Assembly: GCA_045863395.1 (NCBI GenBank) | Contig: BTVJ01000010.1 | Span: 98,871 to 162,870 of the forward strand | Reading direction: 5' to 3' | DNA: 64,000 bases | From: Myxococcales bacterium | GTDB lineage: Bacteria > Myxococcota_A > UBA9042 > JABWCM01 > BTVJ01 | Shown: positions 1 through 9,070 of the stretch, in pieces | Position numbering within the stretch: the first letter of the stretch is position 1 | How the letters are laid out: every line of letters begins with the position of its first letter | Notes under the pieces: generated by a model | Told to the model about the DNA's origin: nothing | The model's database searches: none | The model's input: only the letters and a program-made list of their open reading frames with translations | Position numbers and translations under genes: made by a program

Positions 1-1
1 G

Positions 2-895
2 TGCCTGGGAGGCTCCTGCAAGCCGAGCTCTACGCCGGTGACTCTGGCGGACGGCCTCGACTCTCCCTGGGCCATCGCGGTGGACCAGACCCACGTCTGG
101 TTCGTGGAGAACGACTCCACCGCCGGCACGGTGAGCCGGGTCGCGAAGACGGGCGGCGCAGTCGAGACGTTTGCGTCCAACCTGACGGAGCCGTGCGCGA
201 TCACGACCAACGCCACAGACGTCTTCTGGCTGGAGCGCGCGGGCGGGAGCGGCGGAGTCCTGGGGCGAGTCTCCAAGGGCGGCGGTCCGCCGGTCCCACT
301 GGCCACCGGCCTCAAGAACGCCCAGAACCACCTGGCTCTGGACTCCACCCACGTCTACTTCGGAGACGGCAAGGCGGGCGGCGGCGGCGCGGTGCGCCGG
401 GTGCCCATCGGCGGCGGCCCGGTGGAGACTCTGGTCGACACGGGAATCGTGAATCTGACGACGGCCATCGACGTGGACTCGGCGTGGGTCTACTTCCAGA
501 ACGACAGCGGCCAGATCAAGCGCGTCCCGAAGGCCGGCGGCACGGTGGAGACAGTCGGGGCGGGGTCTCCGTCGTCTCTGAAGATCGTGGGGACGACGCT
601 CTACTTCGTCGAGTACACGGAGGGGGCGGTCAAGAAGCTCCCGCTGGGCGGCTCGCCGAGCACGCTGACCGGCAACGCCTACGCGGCCGGAGAGCTGGCG
701 GTCGACGGCACCCACGTCTACTGGATCGAGTTCGACTCCAACGGCAAGGTGGCGCGGGTGCCCCTCGGAGGCGGCAGCGTGGAGACGATCAGCAACCAGG
801 CGAACACCATCGGGGTGGGGCTCGATACCGAGTACGTCTACTGGTCCGTGTCGAAGTTCATCAATCAGGGGAAGATCATGCGGGCGGGGAAGTAG
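2..895 (+). CDS. 5'-partial beta-propeller repeat protein, probably secreted (DUF5050-like blades)
   Basis: Frame open from base 2 (CLGGSCKPSSTP...). About seven ~40-aa blades of the type 'P.AIAVD.THVYW.E...G.V.RVP..GG.VETL'. The start lies outside the window. Confidence 0.7.
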   Translation, partial: CLGGSCKPSSTPVTLADGLDSPWAIAVDQTHVWFVENDSTAGTVSRVAKTGGAVETFASNLTEPCAITTNATDVFWLERAGGSGGVLGRVSKGGGPPVPLATGLKNAQNHLALDSTHVYFGDGKAGGGGAVRRVPIGGGPVETLVDTGIVNLTTAIDVDSAWVYFQNDSGQIKRVPKAGGTVETVGAGSPSSLKIVGTTLYFVEYTEGAVKKLPLGGSPSTLTGNAYAAGELAVDGTHVYWIEFDSNGKVARVPLGGGSVETISNQANTIGVGLDTEYVYWSVSKFINQGKIMRAGK

Positions 896-1231
896 TCAGT
901 CCACGGCCGCGAAGCGCCCCAGGCCGAAGTGGGCCCCATACCCGAGGGTGATGGGTCCGCTGACGGGGGACGCGAACTCCAGCTCCAGGGCGACACCCAG
1001 GTCTTGGGGAGGAGGAGGCGCGGGCGCGCGGCGCACACGGACGGCGTGCCGGAGCCGCACGTCTGTCTCGTCCCAAGGGAGTACGCGCACGGCAGCGGGC
1101 GGCAGCCCTCGCGAGGCGAGCTCCGCTGCCACCTGCCCCTCCAGGGTGTTGGAGCCTCGGGCTTTGAGGAACCGGGGCGGCACGAAGGGGGTGGCGCTCG
1201 TCCAGAGGCGGATCCCGCCGGGCGGGCCAGG
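896..1231 (-). pseudogene. csb2: 3' fragment of type I-G (I-U) CRISPR protein Csb2 (Cas5/Cas6 fusion)
   Basis: Reads GPPGGIRLWTSATPFVPPRFLKARGSNTLEGQVAAELASRGLP...LELEFASPVSGPITLGYGAHFGLGRF, including the Csb2 C-terminal G-rich loop. Resemblance stops near 1230, and there is an in-frame stop at 1355-1357, so the N-terminal part is missing. Confidence 0.75.
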
Positions 1232-1288
1232 GTCGGATTTCCGCAGTAGACCTCGGAGCCGTGGTGCCGACCCGGGAAAAGGGCGGGA

Positions 1289-1625
1289 GGCTCCCCGGAC
1301 CGGGCGGACGGGTCGCGGGATCGGAGTGAGGGGTCGCAGGATCAGGGCGCGGGTTCATCGGCACGTCGCGCGACGACGTTGGCGTGGGGCGCGACGACGT
1401 TGGCGTGGGGCGCGACGACGTTGGCGTGGGGCGCGACGACGTTGGTGTGGGACGCGACGACGTCGGCGTGGGGCGCCACGTCGCCGGACTCTGCCGAGGC
1501 GTCGCGGGGCCGTCGCGACACCTCGAGACCAAGGGGGGCGGCCTCGACGCGGAGGAGCGCCACGCGCAGCGTCTGAAGCGCTACCACGAGGCAGGGTCGC
1601 GACACATGGAGGAGCGCCACCGAGG
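1289..1625. repeat. Degenerate 21-bp-periodic array with a near-perfect core (GCGCGACGACGTTGGCGTGGG, about 5 copies, 1368-1479)
   Basis: Core units start at 1368, 1389, 1410, 1431 and 1452. The register continues as GCGCCAC/GCGACAC/GCGCTAC at 1473, 1515, 1557, 1578 and 1599. GGGTCGC(G/A)GGATC occurs at 1310 and 1331. Confidence 0.85.
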
Positions 1626-1823
1626 GGTCATCGCCAATCTGGCAGGCTCGGCAGTCGAGGCCAACCGTCGCCGTCCTGGGCCCAACTCTGATGCCGAATT
1701 CGGCACGAAATCTCCTACCAAGGCACCCACGTCCCGACCACCATGATAACTTTGCCTCTTGACGGCCCTTCGGGGTGCGTGCGACAGTCGCTGCGCCCCG
1801 TCCACCATCCATGGAGTGTACTC

Positions 1824-2519
1824 ATGGCCAGCAGTCCCCTTTGGAAGCTCCGCCGCCTCGCCCCGCGCGCCAGTCGCGTCTGCGCCCGTCGGCAGGACAT
1901 CAAACCGGTCCTTGCCCTCTCGGGTCGCATCGTCGCAGCCGCCGACGCCTACACCGGCGCCTACGACGTCGCAGCCCGTTACTCCCGCGTGTGGCTCAAG
2001 GAGACCCAGGAGGGCCGCACCGCGACCTCGGAGCTGGTCGTGAAGCTCCGGTCCTGGCTCCCTCTGGCGGCGGCTGAGATTCCGGCCTTCTCCGCCTCTA
2101 CCTACATGGATCGCCCCGGGGTCCCCGACGACGTCATCGAGGACGCATCCCGCTTCCTGGACGAGCTGGCGGACGCGGCCGAGGGCGGCGCCAAGCTCGA
2201 CTGGGTCGCTGAAGCGACCGCCGACCTGGAGCCGGCCATCGCGAAGACCATCAAGGAGCAGGAGGAGGCAGAGGCCGCAGATCAACAGTGGCAGCGCCTG
2301 CTCGCGACCACGCGAGAGACCGCCCAGACTTTCGACGGCCTCCTCCAGACCCTCCGCCGGATCCTGGCGGCGGCGGTCGGTCGCAAGGATCGCGACTATC
2401 AGCGCCTGCGCGCCGAGAGGATCACCCGCACGCCCGACGAGGACGACGACCAGGTTCCGATCGACATCGTAGCGCCGACCGTGACTTCCGAGCCGAGCAC
2501 GGCGCCCCCGTCGGAGTAG
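1824..2519 (+). CDS. Orphan predicted alpha-helical protein (231 aa) with an acidic/Pro-rich tail
   Basis: GGAG at 1813, ATG at 1824, GC3-rich codons. Helical composition (IAKTIKEQEEAEAADQQWQRLL). No catalytic motif recognised. Confidence 0.75.
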   Translation: MASSPLWKLRRLAPRASRVCARRQDIKPVLALSGRIVAAADAYTGAYDVAARYSRVWLKETQEGRTATSELVVKLRSWLPLAAAEIPAFSASTYMDRPGVPDDVIEDASRFLDELADAAEGGAKLDWVAEATADLEPAIAKTIKEQEEAEAADQQWQRLLATTRETAQTFDGLLQTLRRILAAAVGRKDRDYQRLRAERITRTPDEDDDQVPIDIVAPTVTSEPSTAPPSE

Positions 2520-2538
2520 GGGCCGGCGGGGAACGATC

Positions 2539-4260
2539 ATGCGGGGAGCGCCGACCGGCTTCTGGGGGAAGCTCGACACGGACCAGGATGGCGCGGTGAC
2601 TGCGTGGCACCCCCTCGCCGCCCACGCCGCCGATGTGGCAGCCTGCTGCGAGGCGCTCCTGCGGCAGACGCTGCTCGGCGCGCGCCTCGCCGCCGTTGCC
2701 GGGCTGGGCGAGCTCGAGCCCGTCCAGGTTGAACGTCTGTCGGCGCTGGCGGCCCTCCACGACATCGGGAAGTTCTCCATCGGCTTCCAGAACAAGGCCC
2801 TGCGCCTCCCGCCCTTCACGTGCGGGCACGTGGCGGAGGTCCTCGCGCTGTTTGGTGACGCCCCGTACCCGGAGCGCGACCGCCTCTGCGAGGCGCTGCC
2901 CTTCGAAGACCTCGTGGCCTGGGGCGGCGGGGGAGAGGCCGCCTTCGGACTGCTCGTGGCGGCCATCTCCCACCATGGGCGCCCCGAGCGGGTGGGCGGA
3001 AGACACCAGCAGTCCTGGTGGCGCCGCCGGGGCGGCCTGGACCCCTTCGAAGGCATCGCGGAGCTCGTCGGGCGGGTCAGGGCCTGGTTTCCGCTCGCCT
3101 TCACGCCCGAGGGCCCGTCGCTCCCTGAAGGGGCGCCGTCTCAACACCTCTTCAGCGGCCTCGTCATGCTCGCGGACTGGCTCGGGAGCGACCAGCATCT
3201 TCCCGTTCGCTGTCGACGAGGGCGACCGCATGTCGTTCGCGCGGGCTGCGGCCGCACGCGCACTTCGAGAGATCGGGCTCGACGCCGCCGGGGCCCGCGC
3301 GACCCTCGGGGCCGCGCCCCCTCCCTTCGAGACACTCTTCGGGTTCCCTCCACGGAACGCCCAGGCGCAGGTCGCGGCACTCCCCTGCGCGGCACCGGGC
3401 AGCGTCACGATCCTGGAGTCCGAGACCGGCTCGGGAAAGACGGAGGCCGCTCTGTACCGGTTCCTCCGTCTGTTCGCGGCGGGTCTCGTCGACGGGCTCA
3501 CGTTTGCGCTCCCTACCCGCACCGCCGCGACCCAGATCCACACACGCGTGGTCCAGGCCATCGCCCACGCATTTGCAGACCCGACGACACGACCGCCAGT
3601 AATCCTCGCAGTGCCTGGCTACCTGGCCGTCGACGAGGTGGAGGGGAGGCGGCTGGCCGGGTTCGAGGTCCTCTGGAACGACGACGACCAGGAGCGCCTC
3701 CGCTACCGGGGCTGGGCGGCCGAGCATCCCAAGCGGTATCTCGCCGGACCCGTGGTCGTCGCCACGGTGGATCAGGTCCTGCTGTCGGCGCTGGAGGTCT
3801 CCCACGCCCACATGCGCGCGGCGTCCCTCTCGCGGCAGCTCCTGGTGGTCGACGAGGTCCACGCGTCGGACGCCTATATGATCCGCCTCCTGGAAGAGGT
3901 GCTTCGTCGGCACCTGGGCGCCGGCGGTCAGGCGTTCCTCATGTCGGCGACCCTCGGATCCACGGCCCGCTGTGTCTTGGAGCGACCGGGCTCCCGGGAG
4001 GCGCCGTCGCTGGACGAAGCCGTCGCCGAAGCGTACCCCGTCGTCCGGCACAGCGGCGGTGGGGTCGCCTGCGTCATTCCAGTCACACGAGGGCCAGACC
4101 GCGAGGTCACCGTCGAGCGCGTCGGGCTCATGGACGACTCGGTCGGCGTGGCCGCGCTGGCCGTTGCGGCGGCGGCCCAAGGGGCGCGGGTCATCGTGCT
4201 CCGCAACACTGTCCGCGGATGCCTCGACACGCAGCGCGCCGTGGAGGAGCAGGCCGCTGG
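2539..4260 (+). pseudogene. cas3: Cas3 HD nuclease-helicase with N-terminal HD domain, frameshifted near 3195 and truncated near 4260
   Basis: HD motifs HPLAAHAADV, LHDIGK, SHHG and LADWLGSD lie in one frame. Helicase motifs ESETGSGKTEAA, LPTRTAA, VATVDQ, VVDEVH, MSATL and RNTV lie in another. Motifs V/VI (QRxGR) are absent and the sequence turns non-coding-like after 4260. Confidence 0.9.
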
Positions 4261-4310
4261 TCAATGGCAATTATATCTGGCCACCACTGACAACTACTTC
4301 TACCCGATCT
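4258..4310 (+). mobile_element. Possible IS21-family-like terminal repeat remnant at the cas3 breakpoint
   Basis: AT-richer tract TGGTCAATGGCAATTATATCTGGCCACCACTGACAACTAC with inner repeats TGGCAATTA (4265) and TGACAACTA (4288) 23 bp apart. No transposase gene nearby. Confidence 0.3.
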
Positions 4311-4460
4311 CGGCCGCTACCGAGCCAGAGACTCCTCCCGGGCCCTGCGACCGGCTCCGACCGCCGCAGTGCTCAACGTCCCGGGGCCACACGACTGGAG
4401 CCACTGCGCCCACCTGCGCCACACTCCGGACTCCTCGCCAGTGTCGCCATTCATACCCCC

Positions 4461-6275
4461 CTATGTGCCCAATTCGCTGACTGGCCCAAACCCAGCCGTC
4501 GACTCCCACACATGCTCCTGGTCCGTGCGAACGATCCTCCGCCTGCCAGGAAGGAAGGTCACTCTCTGCTGCCACGCCAAGGCGTAGACGCCGCCGCTGA
4601 CCTCCATCATTGACCCAGTCAGTCCCGGCGTCTGCCAGAGGTCCTCGATGGACAGGGCCCGTCCGTCCAGCGCATCCAGGATCTGGTGCAGCAGCGGGTC
4701 GTCCCAGGGCCAGCTCGCGGGACCGAGGAGGGCCCGGTTGAGCGGTCGCGGAGCAGGCTCCACTGCGCGCCTCCTTCGGCCCGTCCGATCACGGACCTTC
4801 TCCTCCACGAAGTCGTCGCCGAGCAGCCGTCGAGCCTCCGCCCGATTGTGTGGGCCACACAGGAGCCTGCAATTCTGCGCGGTTGGGGCGCCACCACGGC
4901 AGGCCATGGTCACGTGATCGAGCTGGAGGAAGGAGCGGCTATCGCAGCGCCGGCCCGCATCATCCACGAAGGTGCACCGGCCTCCATCCCTGAGGTAGAC
5001 CTCCGCCCGCACGCGCAGAGGGATGCGCGCCGAGGCGCTCGCCCGTGTCGTGCCGGCACCCGAGCCGGCAGGCGCACTCTGGCTACCACGGACGGGGACT
5101 GGATCCGGATCCAGTCGCCCCGTTTTCTCCCCGCCCCCGCTCGGCCCCGCAGGGCTGCCACTCGCATCAACTGGATCCGGATCCAGTCGCCCCGCCTTCG
5201 CGCACCCGCTCGGCTCCTTCGGGTCGTCACTCGCCGCATCTGGACCCGGTGACAGCCGCCCGCCCTGGAGCTGGACGCCGCCCAGCTCCTCAGAGTCGCC
5301 ACTCATCTCAACTGGATCCGGATCCAGTCGCTCCACCGCCGCCCGGCTGCTCTGCCCCCCCGGGCCCCGACCGTCGTCACCTGACTCCAGACCCTGCTTC
5401 GGCCTCGCCGTGCTCGCTGCCCCCTTGCGACGGCTCCCCACCCCGAAGCACTTCTTCAGGGTCTGCTGGCACAGCACCTCCAGGGCGAGCCCGATGAGAG
5501 CCGGGAGATCGCCCTTCGCCACCGTGTGGCTCAGCAGCGTCTGCGCCTCCTCGAGCTTCGCCACCAGGGCCTCGCTCGCGGTGAACTGCACCCGATATCG
5601 CCGGGCGCCCAGCGGAGAGACCCCCGGCTGTGGTCCGCCCCGGTCCAGCTCCGCCCCCGTCTCCCCTTCTCCTTGGAGCGTCGGGAGCGGCGGCGCGGCA
5701 CCTCGTGGCGGGCTCGGCTCGCCCCTCCCCCCGGCGCAGTCCTGGTCTCCCCCGGTCCCCGAGCGCTGCGAGTCTCCATTGGCGTCCCCCGCGCTCGCCC
5801 TTCCCACATCTCCGTCACTCCCGAGGGGCGTCACCAGCGTGGGGATGCTCCGCTGCGGGAAGCGGTCGGCGAGCATGTGCGAAATCTCCTTGCGGGTCTT
5901 CCCACATGCGGCGCGGATCAGATCGTCGAGCGCCCCCTCGTCGGCTCGCTCGTCCTTGAGCCACGGCGCCAGGAGGCGGACTCCAGAGACGTGCAGATCG
6001 CCGACCGCGAGCAGCTCCAACAAGACGGGGAAGCGAACCACGAGCCTCGCGACCCCGACGTAGCGCCACGCCGTCTCCTCGTCGAGACCCAGGCGTCGGA
6101 CACAGTACTCGTGAAGAGAGGCACACGCCTCCTGGAGGTGAAGCCGCCTCGCGTCCGCCACCGCGAGGTGGGCCAGGAGCTCCGCCGTCAGGGCGCGTGA
6201 GTCCCGAACTACCCGAGACAAAGATGCCAGGAGCTCGACGCCATCCTGCCGACTCAGCTCGTCCATTCGACTCAT
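4461..6275 (-). CDS. DUF222-like/HNH endonuclease (604 aa) with a repeat linker and possible C-terminal winged helix
   Basis: GGAGG precedes the ATG at 6275. N-terminal LLAHLAVADARRLHLQEACASLHEYCVRRLG. HNH module VYLRDGGRCTFVD...RCDSRSFLQLDHV...GGAPTAQNCRLLCGPHN. Confidence 0.85.
   Translation of the reverse strand: MSRMDELSRQDGVELLASLSRVVRDSRALTAELLAHLAVADARRLHLQEACASLHEYCVRRLGLDEETAWRYVGVARLVVRFPVLLELLAVGDLHVSGVRLLAPWLKDERADEGALDDLIRAACGKTRKEISHMLADRFPQRSIPTLVTPLGSDGDVGRASAGDANGDSQRSGTGGDQDCAGGRGEPSPPRGAAPPLPTLQGEGETGAELDRGGPQPGVSPLGARRYRVQFTASEALVAKLEEAQTLLSHTVAKGDLPALIGLALEVLCQQTLKKCFGVGSRRKGAASTARPKQGLESGDDGRGPGGQSSRAAVERLDPDPVEMSGDSEELGGVQLQGGRLSPGPDAASDDPKEPSGCAKAGRLDPDPVDASGSPAGPSGGGEKTGRLDPDPVPVRGSQSAPAGSGAGTTRASASARIPLRVRAEVYLRDGGRCTFVDDAGRRCDSRSFLQLDHVTMACRGGAPTAQNCRLLCGPHNRAEARRLLGDDFVEEKVRDRTGRRRRAVEPAPRPLNRALLGPASWPWDDPLLHQILDALDGRALSIEDLWQTPGLTGSMMEVSGGVYALAWQQRVTFLPGRRRIVRTDQEHVWESTAGFGPVSELGT
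5097..5330. repeat. ~72-bp intragenic repeat with a perfect 18-bp palindromic core ACTGGATCCGGATCCAGT
   Basis: Exact palindromes at 5098, 5170 and 5311, and a degenerate copy at ~5239. They encode RLDPDPV three times and RLSPGPD once. Confidence 0.9.
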
Positions 6276-6459
6276 GGTGCGTGTCCTCCGTTGCGATTGC
6301 GACCGACAGAATATACCACGCACTTTTCGCCCCCACTGGGCGACCCGCTGAGCCCCGGACAGGCATCCGCGAGACACGGGAGCTCCCCAGCGACCGACCA
6401 GACCCGCAGTGGGCCTGTCAGGGCGCTGCACCCGCAGGTTCTTGCCTTACCGGAGGAGT

Positions 6460-6489
6460 CACGAATTCTCGGCTCAAGAATCGTGTCAA
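6460..6489 (-). promoter_or_regulatory. Putative promoter/operator upstream of the HNH gene
   Basis: TTGACA on the minus strand (6489-6484) overlaps an imperfect inverted repeat CACGAATTCT...AGAATCGTG. The -10 element is poor. Confidence 0.3.
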
Positions 6490-6570
6490 GAGAAAAACGA
6501 GTCGGCGTCTACTTCTCTGACGGACCGCCGCCCTTGCTGTGGGCGCATGATACCGTTCACGGCGAGGACT

Positions 6571-7521
6571 CTACCGCCCCAGACCCCCACCATCGCCGGC
6601 AAACGCGTCGATGAGGAACTTCACCTCCGGGGCCGGACCACCACCCGGCACTCCACCGCCCGCCTCCCCACCCGCGTGCAGACCAGCCCCTCGCTCCCCG
6701 CCGATCAACGCCCGCCCCAGCAGCCAGGCCTTTCGCAGCCCCCCAGTGTGCGCCCGACGGCTCACCGAGTCGCACCCCGCCTGCCGAATCACCCGCCCGA
6801 TGTCCGAGTACAGGAGCCGCGCGGCCCTGATGGCGCGGCGTCCGTCCGGGGGAAGCCTGGGAATCCCAAGATCAGCCCGCGCGTAGAGCCTGTCCGCCTC
6901 CGCCAGCAGCCTCTCCACCACTCGCCCGACCCCCGGCGTGAACACCCCCTTGGCCACCTGTTCCTCCACCCCCTCCTCTCGCAGCCACGACAGCGGCAGA
7001 TACACTCGCCCCATGCGCGCATCCTCGCCCACGTCGCGCGCGATGTTGGTGAGCTGCATGGCGAGGCCCAGGTCGCACGCCCGCGCCAGCGTCACCGGGT
7101 CCGCCCTGCCCAACAGCGCCGTCATCATGACGCCCACCGACGAGGCGACCCGGGCCGCGTAACCGAGCAGATCCCCCAGGTCCTCATACCGCCTCCCCTC
7201 TGCATCCCAGAGAAATCCCTCCAAGAGCGCCTCGGGCACGGCGCGGGGAACGACACGCGCGACGTCGCAGAAGGCCCGGTCGACACCTCGATCCTCAGGT
7301 CTCCCCGCATAGATCGCGTCCAGTCTCCCAGACAGCCCCGCCAGGGCCTCCAGCTCCCGGCCCGGGGCCCCGTCGATGGCGTCGTCGGCCACGCGGCAGA
7401 AGGCGTAGCAGGCCGCCACGGGATCCCGAACCCGCGCAGGGAGCAGCAGCCCCGCCGCCCAGAAGCTCTTGGACCCCGCCTCCAGGATGCGCCGGCACTC
7501 CGCGGCGTCGTCCTCACGCAT
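6571..7521 (-). CDS. crtB: Phytoene synthase
   Basis: GSKSF, YAFCRVADDAID, YAARVASSVG, AMQLTNIARDVGED and GRVYLP. The start overlaps the crtI stop. Confidence 0.95.
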   Translation of the reverse strand: MREDDAAECRRILEAGSKSFWAAGLLLPARVRDPVAACYAFCRVADDAIDGAPGRELEALAGLSGRLDAIYAGRPEDRGVDRAFCDVARVVPRAVPEALLEGFLWDAEGRRYEDLGDLLGYAARVASSVGVMMTALLGRADPVTLARACDLGLAMQLTNIARDVGEDARMGRVYLPLSWLREEGVEEQVAKGVFTPGVGRVVERLLAEADRLYARADLGIPRLPPDGRRAIRAARLLYSDIGRVIRQAGCDSVSRRAHTGGLRKAWLLGRALIGGERGAGLHAGGEAGGGVPGGGPAPEVKFLIDAFAGDGGGLGR

Positions 7522-8989
7522 CGGGGACCACCCTGTCCAGGATCCGCGCCGACGACAGAACACCGGGCACCCCCGCCCCGGGGTGCGTGCTCGCCCCGAC
7601 GATGTAGAGCCCTTTCACGTCCTCGCTCGCGTTGTGCGGCCTGAACCACGCGCTCTGAGTCAGCACGGGCTCCATCCCGAAGGCCGCGCCCTTGAACGAG
7701 AGCAGCTCGTCGTGGAAGCCCTGCGGGGTCAGCACGTGGGACGCGCACACGTTGGCCTCCAGGTCGGGCAGGATCGTCCGCTCCAGCAGCCGCGCAATCC
7801 TGCTCCGATATCGCTCCCCCTCCCGCCCCCAGTCCGTCCCGCTGTCCAGGTGCGGAACCGGCGACAACACGTAGAAGGTGTCTCGCCCCTCCGGCGCCAG
7901 CGACGGGTCCGTCGCCGTCGGGCGGTGCAGATACAGGCTGAAGTCATCGGCCAGCACCTTCCTCGCGAAGATGTCGTCGAGCAGCCCCTTGTAGCGAGGC
8001 CCGAGCAGGATGGTGTGGTGCGCCACGTCGTGATACTGCCGTCGGGTCCCGAAATACCACACGAACAGGCTCATCGAGTACCGCGTCCTGTCCAGCCTCG
8101 CGTCGGTCCACCGGCGCCGGTGCTCTCGCCCGACGAGGTTCCGGTACGTCCAGGCCGTGTCTGCGTTGGAGACCACCACCCGCGCCCCCAGCCGCTCCCC
8201 GCCTGCCAGCTCGACGCCGGTGGCCCTCCCGCCCTCCACCACGATGCGCCGCACCTCGGCCCCGCAGCGCACCTCCCCGCCCAGCCCCTCGATGAGCTTC
8301 ACGAGCCCCGCCACGATGGCACCAGTCCCGCCCATGGCGAAGTGGACGCCCCACTTCCGCTCCAGGAACGCGATGAGCGTGTAGATAGAGGTGGTCGAGT
8401 AGGGGTTCCCCCCCACGAGCAGTGGGTGGAAGCTCAGCACCTGGCGCAGCCGGTCGTCCTTCACGTGCTTGGACACGAGGCCGTACACGGTCCGCCAGCT
8501 CTCGAGGCGGACCATGTCCGGGACGATGCGCGCCATGTCCGTGATGCGCCCGAAGGGCACGTCGGCCAGCGCCTCGAAGCCCACCTTGAAGATGCGCTCG
8601 CTCATGGCGACGAAGCGCTCGTAGCCCTCCACGTCGCCCGGCGCCAGCCTCGCAACCTCGGCGCGCATCGCCGCCGCGTCGCCCGTGTAGTCGAAGACCG
8701 CGCCGTCGTGAAACCGGATGCGGTAGTAGGGCGTGACCGGCCGCAGGTCCAGGTGGTCCGCCATGCGCTGCCCCGCCAGCTCCCAGAGCTCCTCCAGCAG
8801 GAACGGAGCCGTGATGACGGTCGGGCCCCCGTCGAAGACGTGCCCTTCTGATCGATAGACATAGGCGCGCCCGCCGGGGGCATCGCGCCGCTCCAGCACG
8901 GTCACCCGGTAGCCTCGCACCAGCAGCCGCACGGCAGCCGCCAACCCGCCCAGCCCAGCCCCGATGACCACTGCACATGGCTCGTTCAT
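7514..8989 (-). CDS. crtI: Phytoene desaturase (CrtI family)
   Basis: VIGAGLGGLAAA FAD motif, FDGGPTVIT, SLYLHRP and VGASTHPGAGVPGV. Confidence 0.95.
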   Translation of the reverse strand: MNEPCAVVIGAGLGGLAAAVRLLVRGYRVTVLERRDAPGGRAYVYRSEGHVFDGGPTVITAPFLLEELWELAGQRMADHLDLRPVTPYYRIRFHDGAVFDYTGDAAAMRAEVARLAPGDVEGYERFVAMSERIFKVGFEALADVPFGRITDMARIVPDMVRLESWRTVYGLVSKHVKDDRLRQVLSFHPLLVGGNPYSTTSIYTLIAFLERKWGVHFAMGGTGAIVAGLVKLIEGLGGEVRCGAEVRRIVVEGGRATGVELAGGERLGARVVVSNADTAWTYRNLVGREHRRRWTDARLDRTRYSMSLFVWYFGTRRQYHDVAHHTILLGPRYKGLLDDIFARKVLADDFSLYLHRPTATDPSLAPEGRDTFYVLSPVPHLDSGTDWGREGERYRSRIARLLERTILPDLEANVCASHVLTPQGFHDELLSFKGAAFGMEPVLTQSAWFRPHNASEDVKGLYIVGASTHPGAGVPGVLSSARILDRVVPDA

Positions 8990-8999
8990 GCTCCCCTCC

Positions 9000-9055
9000 T
9001 TTGAATGTGACTTTGCATAGCGTTTGATCTAGCATATGATCAAACCGTAGACAAG
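9000..9055. promoter_or_regulatory. Divergent crtI/carH promoter region with a candidate CarH-type operator
   Basis: AT-rich spacer with a perfect inverted repeat GTTTGATC-N8-GATCAAAC (9022-9045). TTG starts at 9001, 9013 and 9024 (11-12-bp spacing). Confidence 0.55.
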
Positions 9056-9070
9056 AGCCGGAGGCAAGCC

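Noticed and set aside
1368..1479. CRISPR array next to cas genes
   Set aside because: The units are contiguous 21-mers with no unique spacers.
3185..3205. Programmed frameshift joining the Cas3 HD and helicase parts
   Set aside because: I saw no slippery heptamer, and the gene is also 3'-truncated, so decay or a sequencing error is the simpler explanation.
4380..4460. Third phased array (GCCA roughly every 10 bp) after cas3
   Set aside because: Only about six irregular occurrences, not distinguishable from chance by eye.
5097..5330. Mini CRISPR array (palindromic repeat plus ~52-bp spacers)
   Set aside because: The intervening sequences are homologous to each other, the repeat is only 18-20 bp, and it lies in frame within a CDS.
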